Shown here piece by piece: positions 38,727 to 49,143 of a stretch of 64,000 nucleotides of DNA (its first letter is position 1; each line of letters opens with the position of its first letter). Below the pieces are notes generated by a model. That model was not told the DNA's origin. It saw only the letters and a program-made list of their open reading frames with translations, and did no database searches. The translations under genes and the position numbers were made by a program. The stretch comes from Candidatus Eiseniibacteriota bacterium (lineage in GTDB: Bacteria; Eisenbacteria; RBG-16-71-46; CAIMUX01; VGJL01): contig JAXDAY010000028.1 of NCBI GenBank assembly GCA_034679345.1, forward strand, positions 71,876 to 135,875, given 5' to 3'.

Positions 38727-39596
38727 TCAGCGATAGAGGACGCGGATCTCGCCCCAGGTCGCATCCTTCATCGCCGTGGGGACGCATGGATTTGGCGTGC
38801 AGTCCATCCATGGCGCCTGCGGCTCTCCCCCTTCGGCCTCGCAATCGACCATGTTCATGATCCGACACTCTCCGTCCGCAAGACAGCAGGCCAGGACCGG
38901 CGTGTGGCAGGGATTCGGATCGCATGAGGATCCCGGTCCCATCCACTCGAACGAATCGGACGCATGGCGGCAGTCGAGAAAGCTCAAAGCCCGGCAGGTT
39001 CCATCGAGGAAGCAGCAGGCCCCCGGATAGGTGTCGCAGCGGTCCGGCTCACACGCGTAGCCGTTGGGAAAACCTCCGGCCGCGAGGCACTCCGCAGTCG
39101 TGTCGTAGAAGGAGCAGGTCCCGTCCTCGAAGCAGCATGCATGGTCGCACCCGGAGTTCGGGCAGGGATTCGGGTCGCAGCTGTCCTCCCCCTCCAACCA
39201 GAAGCAGTAGTCGGGATGCGCGATGCAGTCTTCCTCCGGGAGCAGAAGACAGACCGCGGTGCCGAGGCAGCACGCATAGAAGGGCCCGGGGCAGGGATTC
39301 GGGTCGCAGAGACCGCCGGCGGGCCAACCTCCATGGGCGAAGCACCACTCATCCTCGCAGGCGATCTCTACGCAAGACCCATCGGGAAAGCAGCAGCCGA
39401 CCGGCTGCGGGCAGGGGTTGGGGTCTCAGTCGGCTCCCGGGATGAACGCGCAGCCTCCGGCCTCGAAGCACGCCTCTTCCCCGTCGATCATGATGCAGCT
39501 TCCGTCGGGAAAGCAGCAGATCCCGGGCTCCGCCCGTGTAGCGCATGGGACGGCAAAAGCCAAAAAGAGCAGACCCGAGAGCACGAGACGGGACAT
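38727..39596 (-). CDS. secreted Cys-rich repeat protein interrupted by one in-frame TGA (39426-39428) at a conserved Cys position; selenoprotein candidate or pseudogene
   Basis: ATG at 39596 after GGAGGTGG. Signal peptide MSRLVLSGLLFLAFAVPCATRA. About six repeats of CDPNPC-x-ACCFxDG(T/S)C. The frame continues across the TGA as ...PGAD[TGA]DPNPCPQPVGCCFPDG... into ORF 38727..39197. Confidence 0.6.
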
Positions 39597-39856
39597 GACG
39601 GCCACCTCCTTGAAGCAGGCTGGGCATGCCGCGCCCATTCGAGCGAGCGTCCGAATCTTACGCGCTTCCGGACAGAAGGGCAACCGAGCTGGATTGCCGG
39701 TGAAACAAACCGGTCGCACATCCATTTCGGTTCGCGCCACGCGCCCCCAAGGCTTGGGCATGTACCACTCCTTGAGATGTTGGACTCCGCAGTGGCGGTA
39801 GGGACCAGACACCCTCCCCTCCCGTGCCCTCTCGCCGGCGCGGCCTCGTTCTCCGC

Positions 39857-42112
39857 CTATTGCGCGGCGCCGAGGAGACGATCGCCACCCGCTCTACGAT
39901 ACTCCGCAAGCGCGCTGCGGCGGCCGTCCTCCGCCCTCAGCAGCAGCGTCCTGAAACGCGCGTCCTCACGAATGGGATCGAGCCATGGATCCGCGAAGGC
40001 GGCCTCGATGCACCAGAAGCCGCCATCGACGACTCCCGTGAGGCACTCGATCGCCTCCTCGAGGGCGCCGACGCGGGCGAGATTCCGGCCGATGCCGTAG
40101 ATCCCCTCCGGGTCGCGGAACTTCGACGCGCGGAACTCACCATACGCGGACACGCACGACGCACGGTCCCCGGCGATCGCCGCGCGCACCATCCGCGAGT
40201 GGGTCGCGATCGCCCCCTCCATTCCGCGCCGCTCGAGCTCCAGATGCAGCGCCGTCGCCTCCTCCAGCCGGCCGAGCATCGCGGGCGCTATGGCGCGAAG
40301 GAGAGGAGGCTCGTCATTGTCCGCGGATATGGCGCTCTCGAAGTCTCCCATCATCCAGTAGGTGTAGTGCACGCTCGTGCCGATCCCCGGATCGAGCCGC
40401 CGCGCCCTCTGGTCCGCGGCCAACGAAGCCTTCAGAAGACCGCAGAAGCGGCACGCGGGCACCAGCCCGGCGAAAAGCCCTGGATCCGCGCTCCGCTTGT
40501 GGGCTCGCTCGATCAGACGGACCATCGCCTCGAGCGCTCGACCCTCCTCGATTTGCAGGTAGGTGTAGTAGTTGTGGGCGATCGATAGCTCGGGGTCCAG
40601 TCGCATCGCCCTGGAGAACGACTGGGCGGCCAGCTCGTAGTTCGCATCGGAATCGTCGTGGCCGTACTTGGCGATCATCCTGTAGACGCGGCCCAGACGC
40701 GCCCACCCGGGCGCGAAGAGCGGATCGTCCTCGACGCACTTGCGGTACAGATCCCTGACGTGGATCAGCGTCGAGGCGTACGCGCGGGAGAGGGTGAGCT
40801 GGTTCGCCCGGAGGTAGATCTCGTAAGCCTTCGGCGTCGTTGGCGTCTCCCGCCGGAGGAGGCTCCTCTCCCCTCCCGCGAGCGGCAGGGCGAGAGAGTC
40901 GCTGATCTCGTTCAAGAGGGAGTCCTGAAGCGCAAACAGGTCTCCCAGAGTTCCCTGCGCGGTCTGGGTCCAGCGAATCGTCCCGGAGCTGCCCTCGGTC
41001 AGCTGCGCCGTGACGCGGATCCGATCCCCCGCGCGCAGCAGGGTCCCGCTGAGGATGAGATCGACGTCCACTTCGCGGGCGAGAGCCTTCAGATCGATCG
41101 CATGGACGTCGCGCCCCTGCAGGGCCATCGTCGAGCGGACGACGACCGAATCGAGCCTCGATAGCGACCCGGCGATCGCGTCCGGCAAACTGAACGCAAG
41201 GAAGTCGGTCTCCGGATCCGGCCGGAGGATCCGGAATGGGAGGGCGATCAGCCGTGTGGTCTGCCGGATCGGGACGCTTTCCCCCCGATCGAGGATCGCC
41301 ATGACGTCACGGATGGCATCGGCCATCGCCGCCGCCGAGGGGAATCGATCGGATGGCCGCTTCTCCATCGCACGCTGGATGATTCGGTCGGCAGCGACGA
41401 CCGCGGCTCCCCCGCTCAGCGCCGGAGGTTGGTGGTGGGCGATCGCATCGCAGACCTCGTAGACGCTCTCTCCCTTGAACGCCTGCCTCCCGCTGATCAT
41501 CTCATAGAGAATCGTTCCGATCGCGAAGATGTCGGCCCCGATTCCCACCGGCTGGCTGCTCCACTGCTCGGGAGCCATGTACTGGGGTGTGCCCATCGTC
41601 ACGCCGGGCTGGGTGAGATGGATGGGGGCGGTCGCCTCGTCGGGACCGATGCGCCGCACGAGACCGAAGTCGAGAATCTTCACGCCATGAGGCGTGAGCT
41701 GGACATTCGACGGCTTCAGATCTCGATGGATATAGCCGTGGCGGTGGATCTCATCGAGCCCTGTGAGCAACTGCAGGGTGATCTCGAGCGCCTCCTCGAG
41801 CGGCAGCGCCCCTCGCGAGAGCCGCGCGCTGAGGGTCTCTCCTTCCAGGAGCTCCATGGCGATGTAGGATCGCCCGGCATCTTCACCGACTTCGTAGATC
41901 TGGCAGATGTTGGGATGGGTCACGCTCGCCGCGGCCTTGGCCTCGAGGAGAAACCGCTGCTGCCCGGAACTGTCCACCTGGTCGAGGAGCACCTTGATCG
42001 CGGCCTTGCGATCGAGGGCGGGATCGTGCCCGACGTAGACCGCTCCCATCCCGCCCTGCTCGAGCTTTCCGAGTATCGTGAACTTGCCGATCGTCTCGTC
42101 CATGCTCTCCAC
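39857..42112 (-). CDS. Hanks-type Ser/Thr protein kinase with a large C-terminal TPR-like domain
   Basis: GxGxxG...AIK, HRDLKPSNV, DFGL and GTPQYMAPE. Confidence 0.9.
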   Translation of the reverse strand: MESMDETIGKFTILGKLEQGGMGAVYVGHDPALDRKAAIKVLLDQVDSSGQQRFLLEAKAAASVTHPNICQIYEVGEDAGRSYIAMELLEGETLSARLSRGALPLEEALEITLQLLTGLDEIHRHGYIHRDLKPSNVQLTPHGVKILDFGLVRRIGPDEATAPIHLTQPGVTMGTPQYMAPEQWSSQPVGIGADIFAIGTILYEMISGRQAFKGESVYEVCDAIAHHQPPALSGGAAVVAADRIIQRAMEKRPSDRFPSAAAMADAIRDVMAILDRGESVPIRQTTRLIALPFRILRPDPETDFLAFSLPDAIAGSLSRLDSVVVRSTMALQGRDVHAIDLKALAREVDVDLILSGTLLRAGDRIRVTAQLTEGSSGTIRWTQTAQGTLGDLFALQDSLLNEISDSLALPLAGGERSLLRRETPTTPKAYEIYLRANQLTLSRAYASTLIHVRDLYRKCVEDDPLFAPGWARLGRVYRMIAKYGHDDSDANYELAAQSFSRAMRLDPELSIAHNYYTYLQIEEGRALEAMVRLIERAHKRSADPGLFAGLVPACRFCGLLKASLAADQRARRLDPGIGTSVHYTYWMMGDFESAISADNDEPPLLRAIAPAMLGRLEEATALHLELERRGMEGAIATHSRMVRAAIAGDRASCVSAYGEFRASKFRDPEGIYGIGRNLARVGALEEAIECLTGVVDGGFWCIEAAFADPWLDPIREDARFRTLLLRAEDGRRSALAEYRRAGGDRLLGAAQ

Positions 42113-42224
42113 TCGCGATCCCCGGGGAATCGGCCCCCGGTCCAGGGTTTCCTGCGAAACGGAAGATTCTACCCCGTGCGGCCGCCGTTTCCCAACAGCC
42201 CTCTGACCCGCCCCACGCGGTTGG

Positions 42225-43433
42225 TCAATTGCCGACCTCCACGCTGCGGGCGTCCTCCACGAGCTCCGCGATGACCGGGCTGGTCAGACCCTCGAGAAAC
42301 GCGACGATCGCGTCGACCTCGGCTTGGGTCAGATCCAGTGGTCGAAGGAGCGGATCCAGGCCTTCGTGCGGGACCCCACCCCGGACGTAGTGCAAAACGA
42401 CGTCGCGTAGGCTCCGCAGGGAGCCGTCGTGCATGTAGGGAGCGGTAAGGGCGACATTCCGGAGGCTCGGCGTCTTGTAGCTCCAGCGATCCTGCGGATC
42501 TCCGGTCGCCTCGAAGCGACCCCGATCCTCCTGCGGGGGATCGCCGATGCTCCGAAGCGTCTCCCGTGAGACCGACACCTGGATTCCGGACGCGATCTCC
42601 ACAGGGACTCGGGCGGTGTCCCGGGACACCGCCTCGGCGCCCATGTATCCGATCCCCGTGTCGTGGAAAAGGTCATCCGTCAGCAGCGCATGGTCCTCAC
42701 CGACACGATGGCAGGAGGCGCACCCCGCCCTTCCGGTGAAGAGCTCGAAACCCCGGACCTGCTCCACCGTGAGGGCTCTCTTCTCCCCTCGGTAGCGCCA
42801 TCGATCGAACGGCGAGTCTCCCGCTACAAGCGTTCGCTCCCAGCTCGCCAGGGCCTGCGCGAGCCTCTCGGGCGACGCCCTCCCGCCGAAGGCGCGCTCA
42901 AAGAGACCGTCGTAATCAGGCAGCTCGGCGATCCGCGCGATGACGGAGTTCAAGTCGGGATTCGCCATCTCCCGGTAATCGACGAGCGGGTCCAGCGCCT
43001 GCGCTTCCAGGGTGGGACGTCGACCGTCATGGAAGGCATGCGGGATGTAGGCTGCGTTCAAAAGCGTCGGGGCATTGCGCCGCAGACTTCGCCCTCCCAC
43101 CCCGAGCGGACGGGCCAGCTCGTTGTTCGTGAAGCCCTGCTCTGGGATGTGGCACATCGCGCACGACATCGTGCTGTTGACTGACATCCTCCGATCGAAG
43201 AAGAGCTTGCGGCCCAAGGCGACCTTCTCCGGTGTCGGCGGATTCGCCGCAGGGACGGGCACAGGAGGGAGGCCGATCGGAGGCGTCTCGATCCGTTCGA
43301 TGGCCCGCCGGTCGCGCGCCGTCGAGTCAACCGAGTCATCGGCCGTTCCATTGTCGGGGACGATGGCCACCGCGAATACGGCAAGAACGCCCGCGAACGC
43401 GGCCCAACCACATACGCACGGCCACCGGCTCAT
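42225..43433 (-). CDS. mauG: di-haem cytochrome c peroxidase (CCP/MauG family)
   Basis: Two CxxCH haem motifs (CAMCH, CASCH) and an N-terminal signal. Internal ATG at 43433 (the ORF's first codon is GTG). Confidence 0.85.
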   Translation of the reverse strand: MSRWPCVCGWAAFAGVLAVFAVAIVPDNGTADDSVDSTARDRRAIERIETPPIGLPPVPVPAANPPTPEKVALGRKLFFDRRMSVNSTMSCAMCHIPEQGFTNNELARPLGVGGRSLRRNAPTLLNAAYIPHAFHDGRRPTLEAQALDPLVDYREMANPDLNSVIARIAELPDYDGLFERAFGGRASPERLAQALASWERTLVAGDSPFDRWRYRGEKRALTVEQVRGFELFTGRAGCASCHRVGEDHALLTDDLFHDTGIGYMGAEAVSRDTARVPVEIASGIQVSVSRETLRSIGDPPQEDRGRFEATGDPQDRWSYKTPSLRNVALTAPYMHDGSLRSLRDVVLHYVRGGVPHEGLDPLLRPLDLTQAEVDAIVAFLEGLTSPVIAELVEDARSVEVGN

Positions 43434-43446
43434 CCACACGGAGGGA

Positions 43447-44172
43447 CTACTGAAGCGAGGCGCTGCTCCTTTCGAGGAGCAGCGTCCGCACGTCAGCCAG
43501 GAGAAGCCGCGGGTCCATCATCCCGAAGCTGTAGATGTTGCGAATCGTGCGATTCGAGTCGATGAGGTAGACGCGCAGGACGTGATAGTAAGGACCCAGC
43601 GGATCGTCGGCGTTCTTCTTCGCGTCCACAACTTGCCCGTACCCGTCGAGGATCGGCGCGAGCGCTTCGCGGCTCTCCGTCGTGAGGAACTGCCAGTCCG
43701 CGCCTGAATCCTCGCTCCGGAGCCCCTCTCCGTAGTCGGCCATGACCTGAGGCGTGTCGTGTTCGGGGTCGAAACTGAACGTGAGAAGCTGCAGGTTCTC
43801 TGCCAGGAGCCGGTCCTGCGTGCTGATGCGGTGGATCTCGTGGAGCGTCCCCGTGGCATGGGGACAGGCCCTGGGATCGGCGCACCGGGTGTAAACGAAG
43901 CTCAGGATCGTAATCCGGCCGTCGAGTAGCTCGCTCAGCTCACGCGGCGAGCCATCCGGTCCCAGGATTCTCCCGCTCGCTGCCGCGCGAATCCGCGGCA
44001 GGCTGTAGGTTCCCGGGACCGGAGCGTCGTAGTCGTAGTCACTCGTGCGGCCCAGGGCTTGTTCGGGAAGCTCGCGCATCGCCTCCCGATGCCCCCCCTC
44101 GTTCCTCACGCAACCAGGAAGAACCAGAAGGACGACGACGTACGCGACGGCGAGAGTCCGAAGCATGGCCAT
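43447..44172 (-). CDS. SCO1/SenC-family copper chaperone (thioredoxin fold), lipoprotein
   Basis: Lipoprotein-type signal ...LLVLPGC. FVYTRCADPRACPHATG (a CxxxxxC variant of the SCO metal site). Confidence 0.75.
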   Translation of the reverse strand: MAMLRTLAVAYVVVLLVLPGCVRNEGGHREAMRELPEQALGRTSDYDYDAPVPGTYSLPRIRAAASGRILGPDGSPRELSELLDGRITILSFVYTRCADPRACPHATGTLHEIHRISTQDRLLAENLQLLTFSFDPEHDTPQVMADYGEGLRSEDSGADWQFLTTESREALAPILDGYGQVVDAKKNADDPLGPYYHVLRVYLIDSNRTIRNIYSFGMMDPRLLLADVRTLLLERSSASLQ

Positions 44173-44182
44173 AGCGTTCCTG

Positions 44183-45517
44183 CTAATTGTAGAGGCTCGC
44201 GGAACCGAAGCGCATGAGATGAGGGCGTCCCAGCTTCTCCGCGGTGAAGTCGACCGCAAAGCGATCCGTGAGGCTCTTCCCGTCCCAGTCGTAGGCCTTC
44301 ACGAACTGCTCGTTGTCGTCCCCCTTCTTGTCCCAGTTGGCGAGGAGCGAACTGCTGCAATACACCCGCTTCCCGTCCCAGCTCTGCGAGACCATGTTGA
44401 GCTGCCTTCCCACGACCATCTCATACGTCTGCACTGGGTGATGCGGGTCAGAGATGTCGAAGGCGCGGATCTTGCCGTCCATGAAGGTGGTGGCGAAGAG
44501 GGTCTTGTCGTCCGCGCTGATGCTGATGTCGACGGGAAGCGGGATGTCCGCCGGATTCCCGATGTCGGCAACGGCCTCGGCCTTCCATTGGCCGTTCTCG
44601 GCCTCGTAGATCAGCCAGAGCTTGGAGGTCAGGGCGGCGGCGGTGAAGGCGTAGGTGTGCTCCTCTCCCCATGCCCAGCGGATCTCGAGAGGCGCGCCCG
44701 GGACCTCGAAGGCTTGCAGTGGCTGGCGGGTGTGCAGGTTCCAGAGCACCACGCTGTGGCCGAAGCGCTTCATCGCTTCCTCGTCCTGCAGCATCTGGCC
44801 GAAGTCCATCATGTAGTTGGACCATCCACTGAAGGAGGAGGTCAGCATCACGTTCTTCCGCGGTAGCGCCCGGAGGTCATAGCCGTATCCGTCCGCGACC
44901 TGCGCGTTGACGCAGTTCTGCGGATCGCTGGCGGTCGGCATCCAATAGGTGGAGACGTAGTTGCCGTCGCTCGTGTACTCGACTAGCGCGGTGCGTCCGC
45001 CGTGGTCCTTGTCGTTCGAGAGCGCGGCGATCATCATCCGACCAGGGAGCGCGTAGTGCCCGTGGGGGCCGACCACGCCTCCGCTCGCCTTCGTGAAGTC
45101 GGAGATCGTCTTCACGAGCTTCGGCATGCCGGGATCCGTGTGCACGTCGAACACGAAGATCTGGCTATCGTCGAGGCCGCCGCCCCAGAAGTAGCGCCTG
45201 TCGTCGGTGAAGCCGCCGTGATGCGCCTCGTGCCGCCCCCCGACCGACGCTACATGGAGCACCTTTCCGTATGTCCTCGAGTTGGGACGCACGTCGATCG
45301 TCACCAGCTTGTCGGACCCATCCCCCAGCCCCTCGACACCGAGCGTCCAGGCATAGAGGAACTCCTCCTGGCCCGAGATCTTGGGCATATAGGGAGACTG
45401 GCAGGTCTCGTCGGCGCGCACGTTTGCGGGCGATCCAGCGAGCAGGAGGAAACCCAATCCAAAAGCCAGCCGGACAACAGAACATCGCATCGATCTTGTG
45501 TGGGGAACCTGAAACAT
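44183..45517 (-). CDS. mtoX: SBP56-family selenium-binding protein / methanethiol oxidase
   Basis: Full-length (444 aa) SBP56 layout with a signal peptide. Conserved ...GGFTDDRRYFWGGGLDDSQIFVFD..., ...HGHYALPGRMMIAALSN... A GAGGT RBS precedes it. Confidence 0.85.
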   Translation of the reverse strand: MFQVPHTRSMRCSVVRLAFGLGFLLLAGSPANVRADETCQSPYMPKISGQEEFLYAWTLGVEGLGDGSDKLVTIDVRPNSRTYGKVLHVASVGGRHEAHHGGFTDDRRYFWGGGLDDSQIFVFDVHTDPGMPKLVKTISDFTKASGGVVGPHGHYALPGRMMIAALSNDKDHGGRTALVEYTSDGNYVSTYWMPTASDPQNCVNAQVADGYGYDLRALPRKNVMLTSSFSGWSNYMMDFGQMLQDEEAMKRFGHSVVLWNLHTRQPLQAFEVPGAPLEIRWAWGEEHTYAFTAAALTSKLWLIYEAENGQWKAEAVADIGNPADIPLPVDISISADDKTLFATTFMDGKIRAFDISDPHHPVQTYEMVVGRQLNMVSQSWDGKRVYCSSSLLANWDKKGDDNEQFVKAYDWDGKSLTDRFAVDFTAEKLGRPHLMRFGSASLYN

Positions 45518-45809
45518 TCTTCACTACCTCATTGAGATTCAAAAGGGTGGATGCCATTTGCGGACTGTGGAGCATACCAGGCCGGAGCCTGGTAGCGTCG
45601 TGAGTTATTCACATACGAATCAAGCCCTCGCGTCCGGTTTTCTTATGCCTGGGGAAGCGGAACCAAGTCCGGTCGACGTGGACCCCATCAGACACGGACG
45701 AGGCGAACCAGGGGGATTCCCAACTGCCCGCATGTTCGCTATCCTTGATGGGCGCGCAAGCAGCCCATACCGGCTGTCGCCCTGGATCCACGCGTGGAGG
45801 GAAGATGCC

Positions 45810-47276
45810 ATGAGACGGATCGGTGAGCCATCGCGCCGTAGTTTGCGAACTCGGACAGGGGTGCTCGTCGCCTGTGTCGCCGTCATGCTCTCGGCCCAGA
45901 CCGCGTGGTCGCAATCGAGCGAGCGCGGTCTCTTCGTGGCGAACAACGGGAACCTCGAAGGGAGCGTCACGGCCTTCCGCGTGAACGCCGACGGGACCCT
46001 CGCGCTATTGAACCGGATCGTCACGGGGACGCGTCCGACGATCAACGATCCGTGCCCCGGCTGCAATCCCTACGAGATCTCGATATCTCCAAACGGCCGC
46101 TACCTCGCCACGGGCCATGCGGCAAGCAACGATCCGATCCAGCAGATCTCCGTCTTCGAGATCGCGTCCGACGGGACGATCGATCAGATCGGCGCTTTCC
46201 AGGTCGGCGGAACTCCGATGGACCTGGTCTGGCCAAGTGACGAGCTGTTGGCCGCGCTGAGGACGAACCCGAGCCCCGATCAGGTCGTCGTCTACCGATT
46301 CGATCCCATGGGGCCGAGCCTCAGCGAGATCGAGTTCGAAAGCGTCGGCACCTTCTGCAGCTACCTCGCGATCCACCCGATCCAACCGGTGCTCTACGTG
46401 AACGACTCTGGAAGCGCTCGCCTGATTCGCGTCTTCGCCGTGGCTCCCGACGGAACCCTCACCCTGATCGACAGCGAGCCGACGGGGACGTACTACGGCC
46501 TCGAGCTCGCCCTCTCAAACGACGGGACGAAGCTCTACGCCGCGGGCGGCATCACGGAGGTCGTCCTCGGCTACGAGGTTGCGCCGGATGGGTCGCTGAG
46601 CCCCTTGGCTGACTCGCCCTTCCCCGAGTCGGGAGACTCCCCCTCGAACCTCTATTGCAGCCCGGACGACCGCTATCTCCTGGTCGGCCACGGCACCGAC
46701 GCCACCCTGCGCAGCGCCGCGATTGACCCGTCGACCGGCGATCTTGCTTACACCGGCGCCGTCTTCGACGTGGGGCTTCAGGGCACCCTGGGGGATGTCT
46801 CGGCGATGGACGACCTCGTCTTCGTCACCGACAATTCGAGCGCGATCGACGGCCTCATGGGCGTCTATTCGCTCACGCTGACTTCGGAGGGGTCGTTCAT
46901 CCAAAACGGCATGATCCAATCGACTGGAGGCATCGCCCCGCGATCGACCGCCGCATGGAAGCCGAGCGCGGCCGGCGTCGAGTCCGCCTCGCTTCCCGGC
47001 GCGATGGCGCGCCCGCGCGTCTTCCCGAATCCTTCCATGCGCGGAGTGACGATCGCCTACAGCCTCGAGCGCCCGGCGCTCATCCGGATCGAGATCCTGG
47101 ATGTCGGCGGCCGGGTCGTGCGCCATCTCGGCGAACGCGCGGCGGCCGCGGGCGATTTCGGGATCGACTGGGACGGCGCCGACGACACGGGCGAGCGCGT
47201 GGCCTCCGGAGTCTACTTCGTTCGGATCCGCTCGGGACACGGGCAGGATAGAGAGCGAATCGTCCTGACACGCTGA
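45810..47276 (+). CDS. lactonase-type 7-bladed beta-propeller protein with a T9SS-type C-terminal sorting domain
   Basis: ATG at 45810. Signal peptide. 6-phosphogluconolactonase-like propeller repeats. C-terminal PNPSMRGVTIAYSL...ILDVGGRVVRHL...SGVYFVRI. Confidence 0.75.
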   Translation: MRRIGEPSRRSLRTRTGVLVACVAVMLSAQTAWSQSSERGLFVANNGNLEGSVTAFRVNADGTLALLNRIVTGTRPTINDPCPGCNPYEISISPNGRYLATGHAASNDPIQQISVFEIASDGTIDQIGAFQVGGTPMDLVWPSDELLAALRTNPSPDQVVVYRFDPMGPSLSEIEFESVGTFCSYLAIHPIQPVLYVNDSGSARLIRVFAVAPDGTLTLIDSEPTGTYYGLELALSNDGTKLYAAGGITEVVLGYEVAPDGSLSPLADSPFPESGDSPSNLYCSPDDRYLLVGHGTDATLRSAAIDPSTGDLAYTGAVFDVGLQGTLGDVSAMDDLVFVTDNSSAIDGLMGVYSLTLTSEGSFIQNGMIQSTGGIAPRSTAAWKPSAAGVESASLPGAMARPRVFPNPSMRGVTIAYSLERPALIRIEILDVGGRVVRHLGERAAAAGDFGIDWDGADDTGERVASGVYFVRIRSGHGQDRERIVLTR

Positions 47277-47325
47277 GCGCCTCAAGGCCGTTGCGCCGCC
47301 TCGAGCGACTGATATACTGCCGGCC

Positions 47326-49104
47326 ATGTCGAGCCTGCGACGGTACCTGCCGGCGATCAACACCCCCGCCTACTATATCCTCCTCGGCGCGATCGCGATT
47401 CTGATCCTCGGACCGCTCGGTGGGATCACCGCCGCCTATATGAACTTCTCCCTCGGCTTCTTCATCGGGGGGCAAGTCCTCGCCGGGATCCTCGGAAGCG
47501 TGGTCACCTACGGATACGGCGCCGAAGGAAAGCATGGCGCGAACTACATGCAGACGATGGCCGCCTCGGTCGCCGGCCTCTCCGGGATGGCGGTCCTCGT
47601 CCAGGCCATGACCTGGCTCGGGCTTCCCGAACCCCCCGTATGGCAGATGATCATCTACTTCCTCTGCATCGGAATGTTCGGCGTGGGCGTGGGGATGCTC
47701 TACACGCCGATCCTGGTCGACAAGATGCAGCTCGCCTACCCTTCCGGCTTCGCCGTGGCGAACATCCTGCGCGCCCTGACCGACATCCGGATCCTCAAGA
47801 CCTCGATCACGAAACTCGGGGGCGGCGCGCTGGGAGGATTCGTCGGAGGGCTCGCCGCAAGCCTCACGGCTTCGATCGCCGCGACCGGCTTCTCCGCCTC
47901 GACGCTCGGCGCGGGGATGATCGTCGGCGCGCGCATCGGGCTTCCCGCTCTCTTCGTGGGAACGATCGGGCTCGCTCTGACTCCATGGCTTCGCGCGAAC
48001 GGTTGGCTTGGTCCGAACGACCCGTTCCGCAAGATCGGCTTCATCGTCGCGCTCGGGATGATCCTGGGCGCCGCGATCGTCGACATGAGCCTGCTCGCGA
48101 TCTCAGCCGTCCGCGCCTTCAAGCAGGCGAAGGGAGCCGTCGCCCCGCCCACGGAGGACTGGAAGAAGACCGACAAACGGTTCCTCTGGATCTGGGTCGT
48201 CGTCTGGGCCGCCATGATCGTCGTGACGGCGACTCTCGTGCTCCATCTTCCGATCCTCTTCGTGCTCGTCGCGATCGGGCTCGCCTTCGTCTTCCTCATG
48301 GTCAACGGGATCTCGCTCGGCATCTCGGACAGCAATCCGATCTCGAGCGCGTTCGTCATCTCGGTCTTCATCCTGGCCGGAATCGGACTCAAGAGCCCGA
48401 TCATCGGGCTCATGTGCGCTTCGATCCTCCTGATCTCCACCTCCGTCGGGTGTGATATGCAGCAGGACCGCTCCACCGGATGGCGCCTCGGCACCAACCG
48501 CTCGATCCAGTTCCGCTACCAGGTGATCGGTGTCACGATGGGCGCCCTGATGGCAGTACTCCTCGCGCGGCTCTTCATGAAGGCCTACCCCATCCTGAAC
48601 GTGAACCAGTACGCCCAGCCCGATTACCCGGGGATCGAGAAGTGGCAATCGGCGATGACATTCAAGTTCGTCGGCGCGCTCGACGGGCTCACCCACCCGA
48701 ATCCCAGGATCATGACCGCTTTGGCCCTGGGGATCGCCCTCGGTCTCGTGATCGAGGCGATCCGGCGGTTCCTGAAGTCGAGGGCATCGTACAAGATGTG
48801 GGTGAAGGGATCGCGGCAGGGCTACGTCACGGATCTCGTCCTGGACTGCACGATCCTGGGGAGCCCCTACGCATCTTCGTTCGGTGGCTTCGTCGACTAC
48901 CCCATCGTCTCCTGGTTCGCCGGCGGCAGCGTCGTGAGCTCCCTCGCGCAGACAGTCGCGTCCAGGAGGGCGCGCCGGCCTGAGCGGGCCGATCTGCCCG
49001 AGGACATGAGCACCGCCTCGCTCGTGGGCGGAGGACTGATCGCCGGAGACTCGCTGGCCGCGCTCGCCCTCGGGATCTGGGGGCTCTTGAGCACGGTGAC
49101 CTGA
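47326..49104 (+). CDS. OPT-family oligopeptide transporter
   Basis: 592 aa and about 16 TM segments, with an OPT-like N-terminus MSSLRRYLPAINTPAYYILLG. Confidence 0.85.
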   Translation: MSSLRRYLPAINTPAYYILLGAIAILILGPLGGITAAYMNFSLGFFIGGQVLAGILGSVVTYGYGAEGKHGANYMQTMAASVAGLSGMAVLVQAMTWLGLPEPPVWQMIIYFLCIGMFGVGVGMLYTPILVDKMQLAYPSGFAVANILRALTDIRILKTSITKLGGGALGGFVGGLAASLTASIAATGFSASTLGAGMIVGARIGLPALFVGTIGLALTPWLRANGWLGPNDPFRKIGFIVALGMILGAAIVDMSLLAISAVRAFKQAKGAVAPPTEDWKKTDKRFLWIWVVVWAAMIVVTATLVLHLPILFVLVAIGLAFVFLMVNGISLGISDSNPISSAFVISVFILAGIGLKSPIIGLMCASILLISTSVGCDMQQDRSTGWRLGTNRSIQFRYQVIGVTMGALMAVLLARLFMKAYPILNVNQYAQPDYPGIEKWQSAMTFKFVGALDGLTHPNPRIMTALALGIALGLVIEAIRRFLKSRASYKMWVKGSRQGYVTDLVLDCTILGSPYASSFGGFVDYPIVSWFAGGSVVSSLAQTVASRRARRPERADLPEDMSTASLVGGGLIAGDSLAALALGIWGLLSTVT

Positions 49105-49143
49105 TTCGCGCGGCCGGGCTGATCGATCCGGCCTCGACCCGGT

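Noticed and set aside
44183-45517. The name 'selenium-binding protein' as support for Sec in the nearby Cys-rich protein.
   Set aside because: SBP56 is a historical name. The family does not use selenocysteine and its presence says nothing about Sec-insertion machinery.
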